A stretch of 64,000 nucleotides of DNA from NCBI GenBank assembly GCA_965603825.1, contig CBFDEM010000029.1, positions 310,001 through 374,000 on the forward strand, in the 5' to 3' direction. The notes under the pieces are model-generated. The model was not told where the DNA came from. It searched no databases and was given only the letters and a program-made list of their open reading frames with translations. Of the stretch, positions 22,804 through 35,747 are shown in pieces; positions within the stretch are counted from its first letter, which is position 1; each line of letters opens with the position of its first letter. Made by a program: the position numbers and the translations under genes. The stretch is from Blepharisma stoltei ATCC 30299. Taxonomy: Eukaryota > Protista > Ciliophora.

Positions 22804-23673
22804 TTATTTGAGATTCTCCCTCCAACTGCTACCATCTATTTCTTTATTTATTAAATCAAATCTATAATAATGATATTTTCCATACACATACTCAACAAAA
22901 TAGAAAAATTCCTCATAGACCATTTGAAAACGCACAAACTCATAGATTTTTTCAGTCTCAAATTTCTTTATAATTTTCCAAACAAATGGATTTTTATATT
23001 CGCTTTCATAAATATTTCCTGCTGGATTAAGCAAATATGCATAGCCTTCATATTTGCAGAGAATTTTACAATCTTCCACACCTTCTAAAAATTCTGAGTA
23101 AGAATTTAGTTCTATATTATAAGCAAAAGATTTCTTTGAACTACTAATTCCTGCTATTAAAATTAATCCCATATATTCGATGCAAGAGGAAAAAGAGGTC
23201 GAATTTGGAAGACTTGCAAGCCTTTTTCAAGATTTTTCTTGTAAATTATATTTTGAAGCCTCACAAGTAGATTCGGTAGTTTTAATATGCCCACCAAAAA
23301 TATAAATATTTCCATCATAAAAAGTACCTCCTGACCCGTAGCAGGGAGGCCCTTCATTTAAGATTTCTATACTAAAATCCTCGTTGATAATAAAAGTAAA
23401 CCCACTTATTACAGGTCTAAGATTCCGAGGATCATTACGAATTCCTACTCATTGCAAATTTCCATAACAAAATATTTTATTTCCTGGAATTGGGAACATA
23501 GAAGCATTTTCATCAACTATCATTGGTAGGTCTAAGGCTACTTTGGCCTGTGAAAAATCATCAAGTGAAGTTATTATTAATTCAGGTGGCCATCAGATAG
23601 GAAGAGATACTAAAAAATCAAGCCTGCTTGAATCTTCATCATCATATAACTTTTTTGAAAGCTTAACTTCCAT
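22804..23673 (-). CDS. Kelch-like beta-propeller protein, 289 aa
   Basis: ATG 23673 to TAA 22804, open with TGA=W; IYIFGG..YNLQEKS(W). Confidence 0.85.
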
Positions 23674-23963
23674 TATTATTGATTTCAATGCAGATTTGAA
23701 ACTTTATTGTTTATAGGTAACTTTAAAATAATCATTTATTTATATTTAATAATTGCTTTAGGTAGAGAGAACTTACAATATGCTTTTTTTTACATTATCT
23801 ATACTCTATAAGGCGGATAATGCTAAAAAGGTATTTGCGAAATTGATCCTGCACAGAGTCCTTTTTTAGGGTCAATCCAATATAATTTGGTTATTTTATG
23901 TCTATTATATTCTTTTCTTCATGTATGCAAATTCTTCTGCTGAAAAAACTAGGGTTTCAGATT

Positions 23964-24086
23964 TTAAATGCTATCAGACAATTCAATTTGATCAGTTCGT
24001 CTGACGAACAAGTATTGAACCAAGCCTAGAGAATGGATGATGATCCATGCAAGAACAATAGCTGAATAAATGCGAACTCGAGCCAT
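23964..24086 (-). CDS. Candidate 40-aa single-TM microprotein MARVRIYSAIVLAWIIIHSLGLVQYLFVRRTDQIELSDSI
   Basis: ATG..TAA, raised GC relative to flanks, one hydrophobic segment flanked by basic residues; below the track length cutoff. Confidence 0.45.
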   Translation of the reverse strand: MARVRIYSAIVLAWIIIHSLGLVQYLFVRRTDQIELSDSI

Positions 24087-24161
24087 AAAATTGATTCAAA
24101 ATTTAAAAGCAGGTATTAGATAATTCAAATTTTTGAGTCCCATCTTTAATTTCAAATAAAA

Positions 24162-24296
24162 ATGGAAACTGACGAACTAGTCGTAACAAAACCTAAAGCC
24201 TGGGTAATAGCCCAAGCATTAATATTTTGCATAATAGCTTATCTCATCAGTACATTTTGGATAAATAAAAAAACAACTCATAATATCAAATTTTAA
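24162..24296 (+). CDS. Candidate 44-aa single-TM microprotein METDELVVTKPKAWVIAQALIFCIIAYLISTFWINKKTTHNIKF
   Basis: A-rich start context (aaataaaaATG) like other genes here; clean 20-residue TM followed by KK. Confidence 0.5.
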   Translation: METDELVVTKPKAWVIAQALIFCIIAYLISTFWINKKTTHNIKF

Positions 24297-25998
24297 TTTT
24301 AATCTTTAATTGAAATTAATATTATTATATATCAAATATTATTAACAATAATTATTTATATAAAAAATTTATATTTAATTTCTCAATTTAATATTTTTTT
24401 TCTTTCCAAATAAAAATAAGCTAACTAGGTAGATATTTCTTTTTCACCGTTACAAAATTTTCATTTTGCATCTCAGGTAATTTCATTTTTTAATAATAAA
24501 TAATTTCATAGAAAATCCAATTTTATCATCTCTATAATTTCTTCTTCATAATAATTCTCTCTAATAATTTTAATACTTAAAGCTAATATTATTTTACATA
24601 TATTATTATTTAGACTTTATCGCTGATCGATATCAGTATTCCTCTTGTTTTAACTCATAAATTACATGCAAAATAGCAAATTCTGTCAAAATTTACAATC
24701 AAATCAGCAATTTCATCAGCAAACCCAGCAAAAACTCCATCAATAATCCGAAGATCAACAATTATTCAACTTCAGCACACACAGCGCTATAGTCTCACAT
24801 AAATTATCTTCATCAAACAAGTAAACATTTTGCATTGCTTCAAGTTCACCTGCATTTCCATCCCAATATTTTTATAATTGCCATATAGGCATCGATCATC
24901 AGTATGTCCTCCAAAATTCCACTTATATAAAAATCCTTTAGCTGCATCCTCACATTCAACTTCTCCATTTTTCCTGTAAAATTCAAATCTCCATTTTCTT
25001 CGCGAACGCTTTCAACTTCTCCTCCGTGTTCTTCTGCTCCATCTAAATCCTGAGTTTCAACCTCAACTCGCCTGCGGTGCCTATACCAGTACTTACCATC
25101 TCCTCCTAGATCCCTTCTTTAAAAATTTTAACATTAAATTAGAATTGATAATAAAAGCAGTCCCAAATATTTCAAGAATATCTCATCAGCAAAATACTTT
25201 ATTGTCAGGAAGCGAACAGACTATAGGATTTTCAAAAATATTTTTTCCTGGAATTTTTAACTTATTTGTCAATAAGTGAAACTCATTTCATAGTTATAAA
25301 AGGCCTATTAAATATTTAAGGATATTAGTATGCTTATTGAAAATCTCTTTATAATTGACTGAATAAGTGAAAAACTGAATCTATAACTACGATAATTTGA
25401 TTAACCAAAATAGGTTTATATGTCAAATCTGATAGAGATTGAAATTCTGTTTCCATATGATAAAAATGGCTAAAAAATTTTAAATTAATTCCAAATTCTA
25501 TGAGAAATTGTGCGATACTTTAACTGGAGCATGATAAATCAAGAGTTATCGATCTTCCTTTCAGTTGCCGTTTATTTTTCAGTATCATGCCCTATTTTCC
25601 CATAGTTCTTAAATAATTTTCGAACTTAGCAGCTTAATAGCAGTAAAAACGCCTTTGCTAGTATATCAAGACCTCAATTAAACTGTTTTTTATAGTGATA
25701 AAGTACATATATAAATACTCGTCTTTGAGGGATTTCCATCATCGCACAACTTTTGAGAAAGACTAGGTCCATTTTAAAGGCTTTATTAGATTAATGTTAA
25801 ATAAAATTATAAATAGAATCGCTAATGTAAAGAATTTTGCTTTCGTTAAATCAATTAGCTCCTATTGGCTCTTTAAATTAAACACTGTCTCATTATTAAA
25901 ATTAAATAATTCAGCTTAATTTTGATTATTAATATTTGTAAAGTTTCAAATTATTTTATTCAAGCTTAAAACTATATTATTTTTACTTAATCATTTAA

Positions 25999-26418
25999 TT
26001 ATGATGTTTTAGAAGAAAGCAATTTTGCATAATTTTCTTCTTCCTCCTTAACTCTTTTTTCCAGGAAGTCTATCTTTTCTGAGTAAGACCCATGCCAATA
26101 TGGTAAAAGTATAATAAGGAAAAGGCTGATAATTTCGATACAATATATATATACATCCATTTCTAATTTCGAATAGTTATGCCTTAATTCATAGAACTTT
26201 TCTGGGTCAATATCGAGCTCATTGAAATTTGGAGCATTCTTCAATGCTGTAACATCTTTAACCCATTTAGGCCCTGAGATAAGTAGAAGTAAAAATATAC
26301 CAGTCTTATGTGATTTTGTATTTAGGATACCGCACAAGTTAGCAGAGAAAAAGCAGAAAGTTGCAATAAGGAATGAAAACCACATTATATAAAAGTGAAC
26401 CTCTGATGATTCATCCAT
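25999..26418 (-). CDS. BAP29/BAP31-like ER membrane protein, 139 aa
   Basis: Three hydrophobic segments plus short coiled coil; paralogue of 37376..37792, whose KLQRDVY resembles the BAP31 RAQRNLY motif. Confidence 0.6.
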   Translation of the reverse strand: MDESSEVHFYIMWFSFLIATFCFFSANLCGILNTKSHKTGIFLLLLISGPKWVKDVTALKNAPNFNELDIDPEKFYELRHNYSKLEMDVYIYCIEIISLFLIILLPYWHGSYSEKIDFLEKRVKEEEENYAKLLSSKTS

Positions 26419-27575
26419 TTATAAATTCTTAGAAATGCAATCTAATCTCAAAATAGAATATGAAAGTTGAATTTCTCAGCAGGAATAAGATTGCCCATAT
26501 CACATCCTAATTATATAACATTTTTTTGTCTTTCAATTGACAAGTTATCAAATAAACATCAAAATGAAGGGTCTACAGATATTAACCTCCATCATTATGA
26601 ATTTTTACTCATCTTAATTTTCTTATTAAATAGTTGGGAAAAAATTAGCATTAATTAGCCCTTTCGGCCCTTATTTCCTTCTCTTAAGGTTCCGCTTGCT
26701 GTATTTCTCACATCTGAAGGTTGCTCTTCTAGACGATGACTGTCTACGGTTGACTTCCATAAAAAAAATCGCAAAATTTAATTTTCTGCTTATATTAGAG
26801 CAAAAATGGATACTTGAGATCAAGGACCTAACACCTGCTATTGTGCTGCAAAAAAATTCTTGATGGCCAAGGTTTTCTATCCAACTTCTTATCCCATTTC
26901 CCATTAACAAAAACCTTCCCCAAATTGAACTTTGGCTGATCAGCTCAGCAAGGCACCGCTCCAGGATTTAAGAGAGTAAGCCACTTTGCCAATCCATTAA
27001 AATGCATCCTTGAGAAAACAAAATTTTTAAATTGTTTTGTACAAATATTAATTATGACATTTAGAAGAAATATTAATATTAATTATTGTTATTTAAAAGT
27101 TTTTGAGTATAAGAAGGAAGTTTTATATCAACTTAATTCTTTCTTCTGCCTAGTTACTAGTCTTGGCTCTACCTTTTCTCTGTTTTTCAACATTTTTTAT
27201 CTAAGAAAATAGATAGACTTTGCTCTTATATCAAAGTTAGTGATTCTACATCAGTCTTCAATGGGTATGGATCTCCTGGCGCAATTATCGCTAGGTGAGC
27301 TCCCTATATTGCTGAACCCTGAATTGCTACAAAACCATAGCTGTGTTAGTGCCAATTTCATCTTTATGGTAAAATCCTCACTTACATAAGCTATACATTC
27401 ACACATATAAGAATAAAAATTACGTTAAATTAAGGAACCTCTTTATACTAAAACTAGCAAAATAAGTTAAAAGCATGCTTTATGGCTGCACTTAATAAAT
27501 TGACCTATATGTTGTTTATTTACATGATCACGCCATTCTTATTAATAAAAACCCACTGTAAACCTCTTTATATCG

Positions 27576-28982
27576 ATGATCTTGCTTTTTATTTGAATTG
27601 CATTACTATTTACCCCTAAATTCACTCTCAGCCAAACTCTAATTGATTTTGGAATACCCCAAATAATTAATCAAGACAAAACTTGGAATTATTTCAAAAT
27701 AAATCCACAGCAAAGTAAAAGAATATATACAAGAATCTGACTGCAAATAATTTCGAAACCTTCTGATGCTTTTCCAGTTTTAGCAATCAGTGATAACTTT
27801 CCAAGCTTTGGAAATGCTGATTTTTCAATAAATACAAAAAAAGCTGATTATGAAGGCTGGTACTCAGGGCTAACTTATCAATCTATTTTTCTCCAGTCTA
27901 CAGAGCTTACGAATAATACATATATTGGTATAGGAAATAGTCAATTTTATCAGGGACAAATATCTTATACGATTGGAGCTGATAGTAGTGATGATATTTT
28001 GTGTCCTAAAAATGATTGCAATGACAGAGGGGCATGCATTACTTTGGGAAAATGTGCATGCAAATTTGGGTATATTGGTCCTAGCTGTGATATTAAAGCA
28101 TATAAAATAAGTAGCAAGCCTTTTCTTATTGAAAATGGTCAAAGTAATGCAGATTATGGATACATAGACTTGAAAAATGGTAAAAAATATATAGTAAGTT
28201 CACAGAAATTTGACTTAAAAATAGTGTGAAATAATGAAAATTTAGGAGAAATTCTACTGAATTATGATGGAAACCTGTAACTTTAATATAGCCCCACTTT
28301 TCTTCCTTCATCAGTTAATAACTGCTCCTCAATGTTCCTCTCTAAATCACCTGCAGCTCAAACACTTCCTATCAATAAAAGTGGAAAAGGAAGATACTTA
28401 TATTTATTATTCATCTTAAACAAAGGCCAGCCCAGTTCCCTTATAAACTACACAATTTACTACACAGAGAAATCCGACTCCTCCAATGAATTTATCCTGA
28501 TTTACATCATAATTTCTGTCCTTGGAGTTTTTATCCTCCTCTCAACTACCATAATAATTATTTGAAAAAAATGAAAAAAAGAGCGAGTCAGGATCGCTTT
28601 AGAATCCCCTGGATTATCATCCACATTAGTCAATAAAAACTACCCAGCTATGAAATACCAAGACATTAAAAATAAAAAAGGGATCGATACTACATGTGCT
28701 ATATGTTTTGAGGCATTTAAATTGGTTTCTATAGTAAGAAAGCTGCATTGCAACCATTTATTTCATGGGACTTGTATTGAGGAGTGATTTAAAGCGAATA
28801 GAGTATTTTTTATATAGACTTGCTGCCTGTGTAAGAGAGATTGCTCTGTGATGGAGGAAGGAGAATTTAATACCTCAAGTGATGAAATACCTGTTGAGAA
28901 AGCAGGGACAAGAGGATTGACATTGAGAAGAATAAGTGTAAGCCATACACAAGATGATTTAAATGTGAGAGATATTTTATAG
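27576..28982 (+). CDS. Signal peptide-EGF-TM-RING-H2 E3 ubiquitin ligase, 458 aa; introns 28277..28291 and 28803..28817
   Basis: CPKNDCNDRGAC..C.CKFGYIGPSC EGF; TM near 28500-28560; CAIC..CNHLFHGTCIEE(W)..TCCLC RING-H2 restored by splicing two 15-nt introns that contain in-frame stops. Confidence 0.9.
28277..28291 (+). other. 15-nt spliceosomal intron gtaactttaatatag
   Basis: GT..AG, A at -6, removes two in-frame TAA. Confidence 0.9.
28803..28817 (+). other. 15-nt spliceosomal intron gtattttttatatag
   Basis: GT..AG, A at -6, removal restores RING-H2 spacing. Confidence 0.9.
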
Positions 28983-30088
28983 GTAAGATTATTATAATTA
29001 ATATTGAAATTTTTGTTTAATCGGTAATAAAGGATTTGTTTAAATATATAGAAAATGAGTTTTTATATATTTAGACTTAATAGAGACTGCCCTTTTATAC
29101 TGATAAATAATTTTATTTGCTTATTGACAGAGCATATGGTAAACAATTTATATTGGCTGCGAGCAACAATATATAAATTATTAAATGTTTTATATTTTTA
29201 AATTCAACTTTGGAGATTTAAATAGCAGATTGCAATTCACTGATATGGAGTTAATGATAAAATGATTATTTTAAAAAATAAATTTAATATACACTTCTTA
29301 ACTTTCTTTGTAAATTTGCAAATATACGCTTTTAAGTGTGAATGAATAATGAAAATTCGGCTATTTCGAAAGCTATTTTGACCATATCATCTACTATGCA
29401 ACAATAATAAAATATCGCAAATAAAATTTTATATAATATCACGGGTTGTATCAATTTTTATCTTACCCTTTTATTTAATTATTTCAATTATCCTTTAGCT
29501 TATCTTAATACATTGAATTAAAAGTAATATAAGTTTGTTCTTCTTTATTTTTATATAAAATATAATTTCATAACCCACCAAAATATTCTGGGGATCTTTT
29601 ATCATCTTTCCATTATAATACTTCATAATTTCAGAATTATTTAAATATTTGAGACTCCTTAATATTAATAAATCCTCGCATAATTTTTAACATTAATCTT
29701 AATTATAAAGCGACATATTTGTCTATTTACAAAATTCAAATATTTTCAAAACACTGTTATAAATAAAATATTTAATAGAAATTTGACAAATTTATAAATA
29801 TAAATTATTGAAGTAACTCTAAGACATAAAATATTTGAGCATTAAGATTCCCTAAATATTGGCTTTTGCCAATATGGTTTAAATTTAATAATATTTTTAA
29901 AAATATGGACTAATAATAAAACGGTTAAGTCTCTTTATTTTATGATAGACATATAATTTTCAAATAAAAATTGATAATAATCTTCAATAAAGCTCACAAT
30001 GATTAGTTCAATCATGATTAATATTTTTGAATTAAAAACACAGTTTTATTAATAAATCCATTTATTTAGCTTTCATAAACAATAAATA

Positions 30089-30790
30089 ATGGGCTGCGCT
30101 TGTTCTAGCCGAGATGATGATAGTAAGCTGAATTCTGAGGAAAAATTCATTAAGGCTGCTGAAGAAATACTAGGAATAGGCAAGTTAAAGGTAGCCTGGT
30201 ATGATAAAGGCATTTCTAGATTTGCAATAGATCAAGAGCTGAGTGAAAAAAATTTTAAGCATGCTTATGAATCTTTGAACTTGTCAACTGATTTTCTCAA
30301 CGACGATAATTCGCCATTGTTCAGATTCTATGAGCATTTCAAATTGATGAAAGGCTATGAAATTAGAAAACTAGCATGCCTAGGCATTTGGCTTGGAACT
30401 GATGACTGGAAGAAAAAGGCATATTGACTATTTAAAAATTACGACAGGGACTGCTCAAATAAACTTGATCTCTTAGAAATCAGATACATGCTAGATGATA
30501 TGATTAAACTAACTCTAGCAATTGTCGAATTCACACAATTTGTTTACCCTCAAAAATCAATAATGTTACAAAAGTACTTAAGAAAGATAAGAAGAAGCAA
30601 AGTAATGCTGAAAAAGTACTTAGTTGTTCTAATTTTTAGAGGAGGGACAGTTCATGAAATCAGTTTGATTGATTTTCTGGAGTGCTTTGAAGACTCAACA
30701 GTTAAAAAATTGATTTCGGATCAAGGTTTTAGGGAGCTTTTAATGGAATGTGGTGAGCTTCAAACCCAATCTGATTTAATCTACTCATAA
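30089..30790 (+). CDS. Myristoylated/palmitoylated EF-hand protein 1, 233 aa
   Basis: MGCAC start; LFKNYDRDCSNKLDLLEI EF-hand; two track ORFs joined by TGA at 30425. Confidence 0.85.
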
Positions 30791-31714
30791 AGAAAGATAA
30801 AATAAAAAAAAATTTAATAGAATTATTCAATTATGGTATATCAGAAAATTATTTAGTATAAAATAATTTAGATCCATTTTTAGTATTTTTTCTTAGGTAT
30901 ATAATAAATATTAAAATCGAAATAAATTTGAATTTCAATTCTTAGATAAATTTATTAATCTTCAAAAATAAAAAATATAATTTTTAAGTTTCCTTCTCTC
31001 AAATGAGAAATTACTTTTTCATAATATATTATGTTTATATGTCATTCATATCATTTTAATTTATCAATATTTCAACTTTGGATATTAATGTTCTAAACAT
31101 AAATTTAATTAATTAAATTAGTTATTCTTAAATTAAGTATATTAAATTAAAAGTAATATAAATTGGTTCTTCTTTATTTTTATATAAAATATAATTCCAT
31201 AACCCACCAAAATATTTTGGGAATCTTTTAAAATCTTTGGATATTAATACTTCATAATTTCAAAATTATTTAAATTTTGAGGCTTCTTAATATTAATAAA
31301 TCCTAGGCTCTACTCATAATTTTTAACTTTAATCTTAATTATAAAGCTACAGATTTGTCTATTTATAAAATTCAAATAATTTCAAAACACTATTTTAATA
31401 AAATATTTAATTGAAATTTATAATTATAGATTATAATTTTCCCAGTTAAAATAACTCTAAAGCATAAATTATTTGAGCACCAAGACCCTAAATATTGGCT
31501 TTTTTCAATTTGATTTAAATTTAGCAATATATTAAAAATATGAACTAACAATAAAACAGTTAAGTCATTTATTTTATTAATATATACATTATTTTCAAGT
31601 AAAATATTGATAATATCCGATAAACAATGATTAGTGCAATCATTATTATATTTTTAAAATAAAAAGGCAATTTTATTAATAAATTCATTATTTCACTTTC
31701 GAAAATAATAAATA

Positions 31715-32416
31715 ATGGGCTGCGTTTGTTCTAGCCGAGATGATGATAGTAAGAAGAATATTGAGGAAAAATTCATTAAAGCTGCTGAAGAAATGCTAGA
31801 AATAGGCAAGTTAAAGGTAGACTGGTATGATAAAGGTATTTCTAGATTTGCAATAGACGAAAAGCTGAGCGAAAAAAATTTTCGGCATGCTTATGAATCT
31901 TTGAACTTATCGACTGAGTTTCTCAACGATGAAACTTCGCCGTTGTTCAGATTTTATGAGAATTTCAAATTGATGAAAGGCTATGAAATTAGAAAATTAG
32001 CATGCCTAGGCATTTGGCTTGGAATTGATGATTGGAAGAAAAAAGTATATTGCCTATTTAAAAATTACGATAGAGACTGCTCAAATAGGCTGGATTCCTT
32101 AGAAATCAGATGCATGCTAGATGATATGATTAAAATAACTATAGCAATTATCGAATTCACACAATTTGTTTACCCTCAAAAATCAATAATGTTACAAAAG
32201 TATTTAAGAAAGATAAAAAGAAGCAGAGAAATGCTGAAAAAGTACTTAATTCTTCTAATTTTTAGAGGAGGGACAATTCATGAAATCAATTTGATTGATT
32301 TTCTGGAGTGCTTTGGAGATTCAACAGTTAAAAAAATGATTTCGGATCAAGGTTTTAGGGAGCTTTTAATTGAATGCAGTGAGCTTCAAACCAAAGCTGA
32401 TTTTATTGGCTCGTAA
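31715..32416 (+). CDS. Myristoylated/palmitoylated EF-hand protein 2, 233 aa
   Basis: MGCVC; LFKNYDRDCSNRLDSLEI. Confidence 0.9.
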   Translation: MGCVCSSRDDDSKKNIEEKFIKAAEEMLEIGKLKVDWYDKGISRFAIDEKLSEKNFRHAYESLNLSTEFLNDETSPLFRFYENFKLMKGYEIRKLACLGIWLGIDDWKKKVYCLFKNYDRDCSNRLDSLEIRCMLDDMIKITIAIIEFTQFVYPQKSIMLQKYLRKIKRSREMLKKYLILLIFRGGTIHEINLIDFLECFGDSTVKKMISDQGFRELLIECSELQTKADFIGS

Positions 32417-33459
32417 AGAAAGATAAAATAAAAAATATTTAAAATAGAATTATTCAATTATGGTATATCAGAAAATTATTTAGGATAAAATAATTTAGGT
32501 CCATTTTTAATATTTTTTCGTAGGCATATAATAAATATTAAAATCGAAATAGATTTGGATTTCAATTCTTAGACAAATTATAAATCTTCAAAAAATAAAA
32601 ATATATTTTTTAAGTTTCCTTATCTCACCAAGGGCAAATGAGGAATTAATTACTTTTACATAATATATTATGTTTATATATCATTCAATATCATTTTAAT
32701 TTATCAATATTTCAACTTGGATATTAATATTCGAATCATAAATTTAATTAATTAAATTTGCACTTCTTTAATTATGTATATAGGAATAAAATGAGATCAA
32801 ATAATATTTTTAAATATTAGAACGGCAATTCTCTCCTCTAGGTTTAAAAGCAAGACTTTTTGCTTATTCTTAAAAGATATATTGTTTTAGAATTTTTTGC
32901 AATAATTCTGTTTTTATTTTTACAAAAATTAATTTGTAAATAATGACTTTTACAATTGTTTCATTCTATAAAAGAAAGCAGTAAGAAATGCAGATTTTTA
33001 TATGATGGCAAATTAAATTTTATTGCCAAAAATATTATAAAACAAAATTCATGGTAAAGCAATTTGAATTTATTAAAATATAAGAAATTGTATAAAGACA
33101 ATTTACCTTAATAATGCAAAAGTTTATTGATGAATTTTAATATTTTTTTTCAGCTTTTATTTATACACCCAGAGATGAAAAGGTAAAAAAATAGAGTAAA
33201 AAATTAAATATTCCAAAAATATTTATTTATCAAAATATTTTTATTAAAAGAGTTTTAATTTTAATAAAAAATATTTAAAGATCATAAATACAGACTTTCT
33301 ATTAAAACTAGTGAGTTTTTATTTCCATTAAAATGCCGTTTTTATAATAATTAAGCGCAAAATTTTTATTATACTAAAATTTTCTTAAATACGCATATTA
33401 ATTATTAAATATAAGCCTTTTTGTTAAATAGCTTTTAGTTTAATTATTAAAAAAAACAA

Positions 33460-34155
33460 ATGGGCTGTCTATGTCCTGTATCGAAATTCCGGTCATCAGA
33501 GGAAGAAAAGACTTTGATGAGAGCAGAAGAACAAATTATACTTCCTGAACTGTCTTGCAGAAGCTTTGATCGAGAAATAAGCCGATATGCTTCAGGGGAA
33601 TATATCAGTCATAAAATATTAAAAGAAACATATGAAGCTTATAGTGTTGATATCGAGTTTTTTAAAGATAAAAGAGAGCCTAGCTATCATTATTATAAAA
33701 TTCTTCATGCAAATGTGCTGGGATATCGAGTAGTAACACTGGTTTTAATTGCTATATGGCTTAGCGATGAAGATCCATTAGAGAAGGCATCAAGAATTTT
33801 TAAAAATTATGATAGAAAATGCTTAAATAAAATAGGTCCTGAAGGATTCGAAATTATGATTGAAGACATGATTTATGCGACAGTAACATTCATTGAATTT
33901 GCAAAGAAAATGGAGCCAAACAAAATTAATCTATTAGAAGCCTATACAAAAAGATTAAAAAATGGTAAAGAGTATTTAAAGCAATATTTGCTTTTATTAA
34001 TCAAGCAAGGTAAAGATGAAGAAGAAACTTTTACAGAAGAGGAATTTTTAAATGCTATGAAAGACTCATTTGTGCAGAAATTGTGCTCATCTTATGGCTT
34101 CAGAGAGCTATTGGATTGCTGCAATAGTCTTAGAGTGCAAAATGGCCGCATGTAG
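33460..34155 (+). CDS. Acylated EF-hand protein 3, 231 aa
   Basis: MGCLC; IFKNYDRKCLNKIGPEGF (degenerate loop); shares GFRELL tail. Confidence 0.85.
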   Translation: MGCLCPVSKFRSSEEEKTLMRAEEQIILPELSCRSFDREISRYASGEYISHKILKETYEAYSVDIEFFKDKREPSYHYYKILHANVLGYRVVTLVLIAIWLSDEDPLEKASRIFKNYDRKCLNKIGPEGFEIMIEDMIYATVTFIEFAKKMEPNKINLLEAYTKRLKNGKEYLKQYLLLLIKQGKDEEETFTEEEFLNAMKDSFVQKLCSSYGFRELLDCCNSLRVQNGRM

Positions 34156-34577
34156 CCTAAATAAAGCTATTAATATTTAAGATTATTAGTTTAAATGGAA
34201 TTTTTAAGGTTTATGCATTTTATGTTGATATAAAAATTAATTAATCTATTAATTTTCATTTGGAATTTTCAGGAAATTAATATTTTTAATTTTTATATTT
34301 TTATTTTCTTTTAAGTTTTGAATTTAATAATAATCTTTTAAAACTTAGCAGGACTCGTAAAGTTTGTAAGTCTGAGCTTTAATTAAATTTTATTTATAAT
34401 AAAACTACTTGCATTCCAAGATATTGAATAGATTGTTTATCTTATAAGCGCAGGGCAATTTTTTATAAATTAAGATTCTAACCGTATCTTATTCTTAGAC
34501 ATTTATTTAGTAAAATTTATACCAAATTACAAAAGTGAAAAAAATGGTTAATTTAAAAATTAGCTATAAATTCAAAT

Positions 34578-35285
34578 ATGGGCTGCACATTTCCTTATAG
34601 CCGATCTCACCTATGTCACGAAGAAAATCTCATTTCTGAAATTGAAAGTTACTTAACGATACCTAAAGTCAAAAGTATGGCTTTTGATAAAGAAATCAGT
34701 CGATATGCCCTAGGTCAATTCGTGAGAGAGAAAAAGCTGGAAGAAATCTATGCAGAATTTAATACAGATGCCTCTTTCCTTAAGCTCAAAAAAGGCATAA
34801 GCTATTCATTTTATAAGAGATTAAGGCTAGGAGCAGCAGGCTACAAAGTAACTATGCTTGTGTCTACAGCTATTTGGTTCGGTACCAATACAGAGACTGA
34901 AAGTGCACTAAACATTTTCAGAAATTATGATAGAAATTGTCAAAATAAACTAAAACTTGAAGATTTTCGGCAAATGATTGACGAATTTTTGGAACTGACA
35001 TCAATTTTCGTTACTATAGCTATTAAGTGCTACCCTGAAAATATGAACATTTTAGAAGCTTATCTGAAAAAAATCAAGAATGGAAAAGAATATGCAATTG
35101 GTTATTTAACTTTATTAATAAATCAAGGAGAAAATTCAGAATATATTACATTAGAAATGTACATGAAGGCAATGAAAGATCCTCTAGTGAAAAAAATTTG
35201 TACTTCTTCAGGGTTTAGAGAATTGTTGTTAGAGTGTAACAGTCTTAGGCTAGAAGCAGATAAGATATTCCGACAATCTTCTTAA
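34578..35285 (+). CDS. Acylated EF-hand protein 4, 235 aa
   Basis: MGCTF; IFRNYDRNCQNKLKLEDF; GFRELL. Confidence 0.85.
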   Translation: MGCTFPYSRSHLCHEENLISEIESYLTIPKVKSMAFDKEISRYALGQFVREKKLEEIYAEFNTDASFLKLKKGISYSFYKRLRLGAAGYKVTMLVSTAIWFGTNTETESALNIFRNYDRNCQNKLKLEDFRQMIDEFLELTSIFVTIAIKCYPENMNILEAYLKKIKNGKEYAIGYLTLLINQGENSEYITLEMYMKAMKDPLVKKICTSSGFRELLLECNSLRLEADKIFRQSS

Positions 35286-35747
35286 CTGGCAGGAATATTA
35301 AAGTAATTTAAATTTACTTTTTAAGAGTAAAATGGAAATTCTTCCCCTGGAAAATGTCAGGAATTTGAAGTTTTAAATAATCTTTTTAATGGGAAAAGTT
35401 TATAATTATCATATATTTGTACTTTGAAATAGTGAAACTTTCGTCTTTGCAGTCCCGATGTAAACACTGAACAGTTCATAATTAATAAACTATGCATTAA
35501 AATCTAATATATATCTTATTCAAAATAAAAATAAATTTTTATTTAATCTATTTTTGTTCAATTTTCTCAGTCCTTGAGATAGCTAACTTCTTAATTTATT
35601 TTAAAATTATATATAGACATATAATGGAATTCAAATTTCTCAAAATTTACCTAAAAAATAAAAGAAATAATTATTTTATCATTTTGATGTCATAAAGCAG
35701 AACCCCAAAAACGGATAAATCGCTTACATTTTTAATTTCAAAACTAA

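Larger units (their letters stand above)
29510..32760 (+). repeat. Recent ~1.63-kb tandem duplication containing EF-hand genes 1 and 2
   Basis: 29510-31130 aligns with 31140-32760, including non-coding cataacccaccaaaatatt and 3' flanks. Confidence 0.9.

Noticed and set aside
26671-27006. GC-richer minus-strand ORF fragments
   Set aside because: No consistent frame or recognisable domain even with TGA=W or tiny introns.
30425-30427. TGA aligned with Cys codons in paralogues (also 14735) as evidence of UGA=Cys/Sec dual decoding
   Set aside because: Both positions vary across paralogues; a single-base Cys-to-Trp change is simpler, and no SECIS could be identified.
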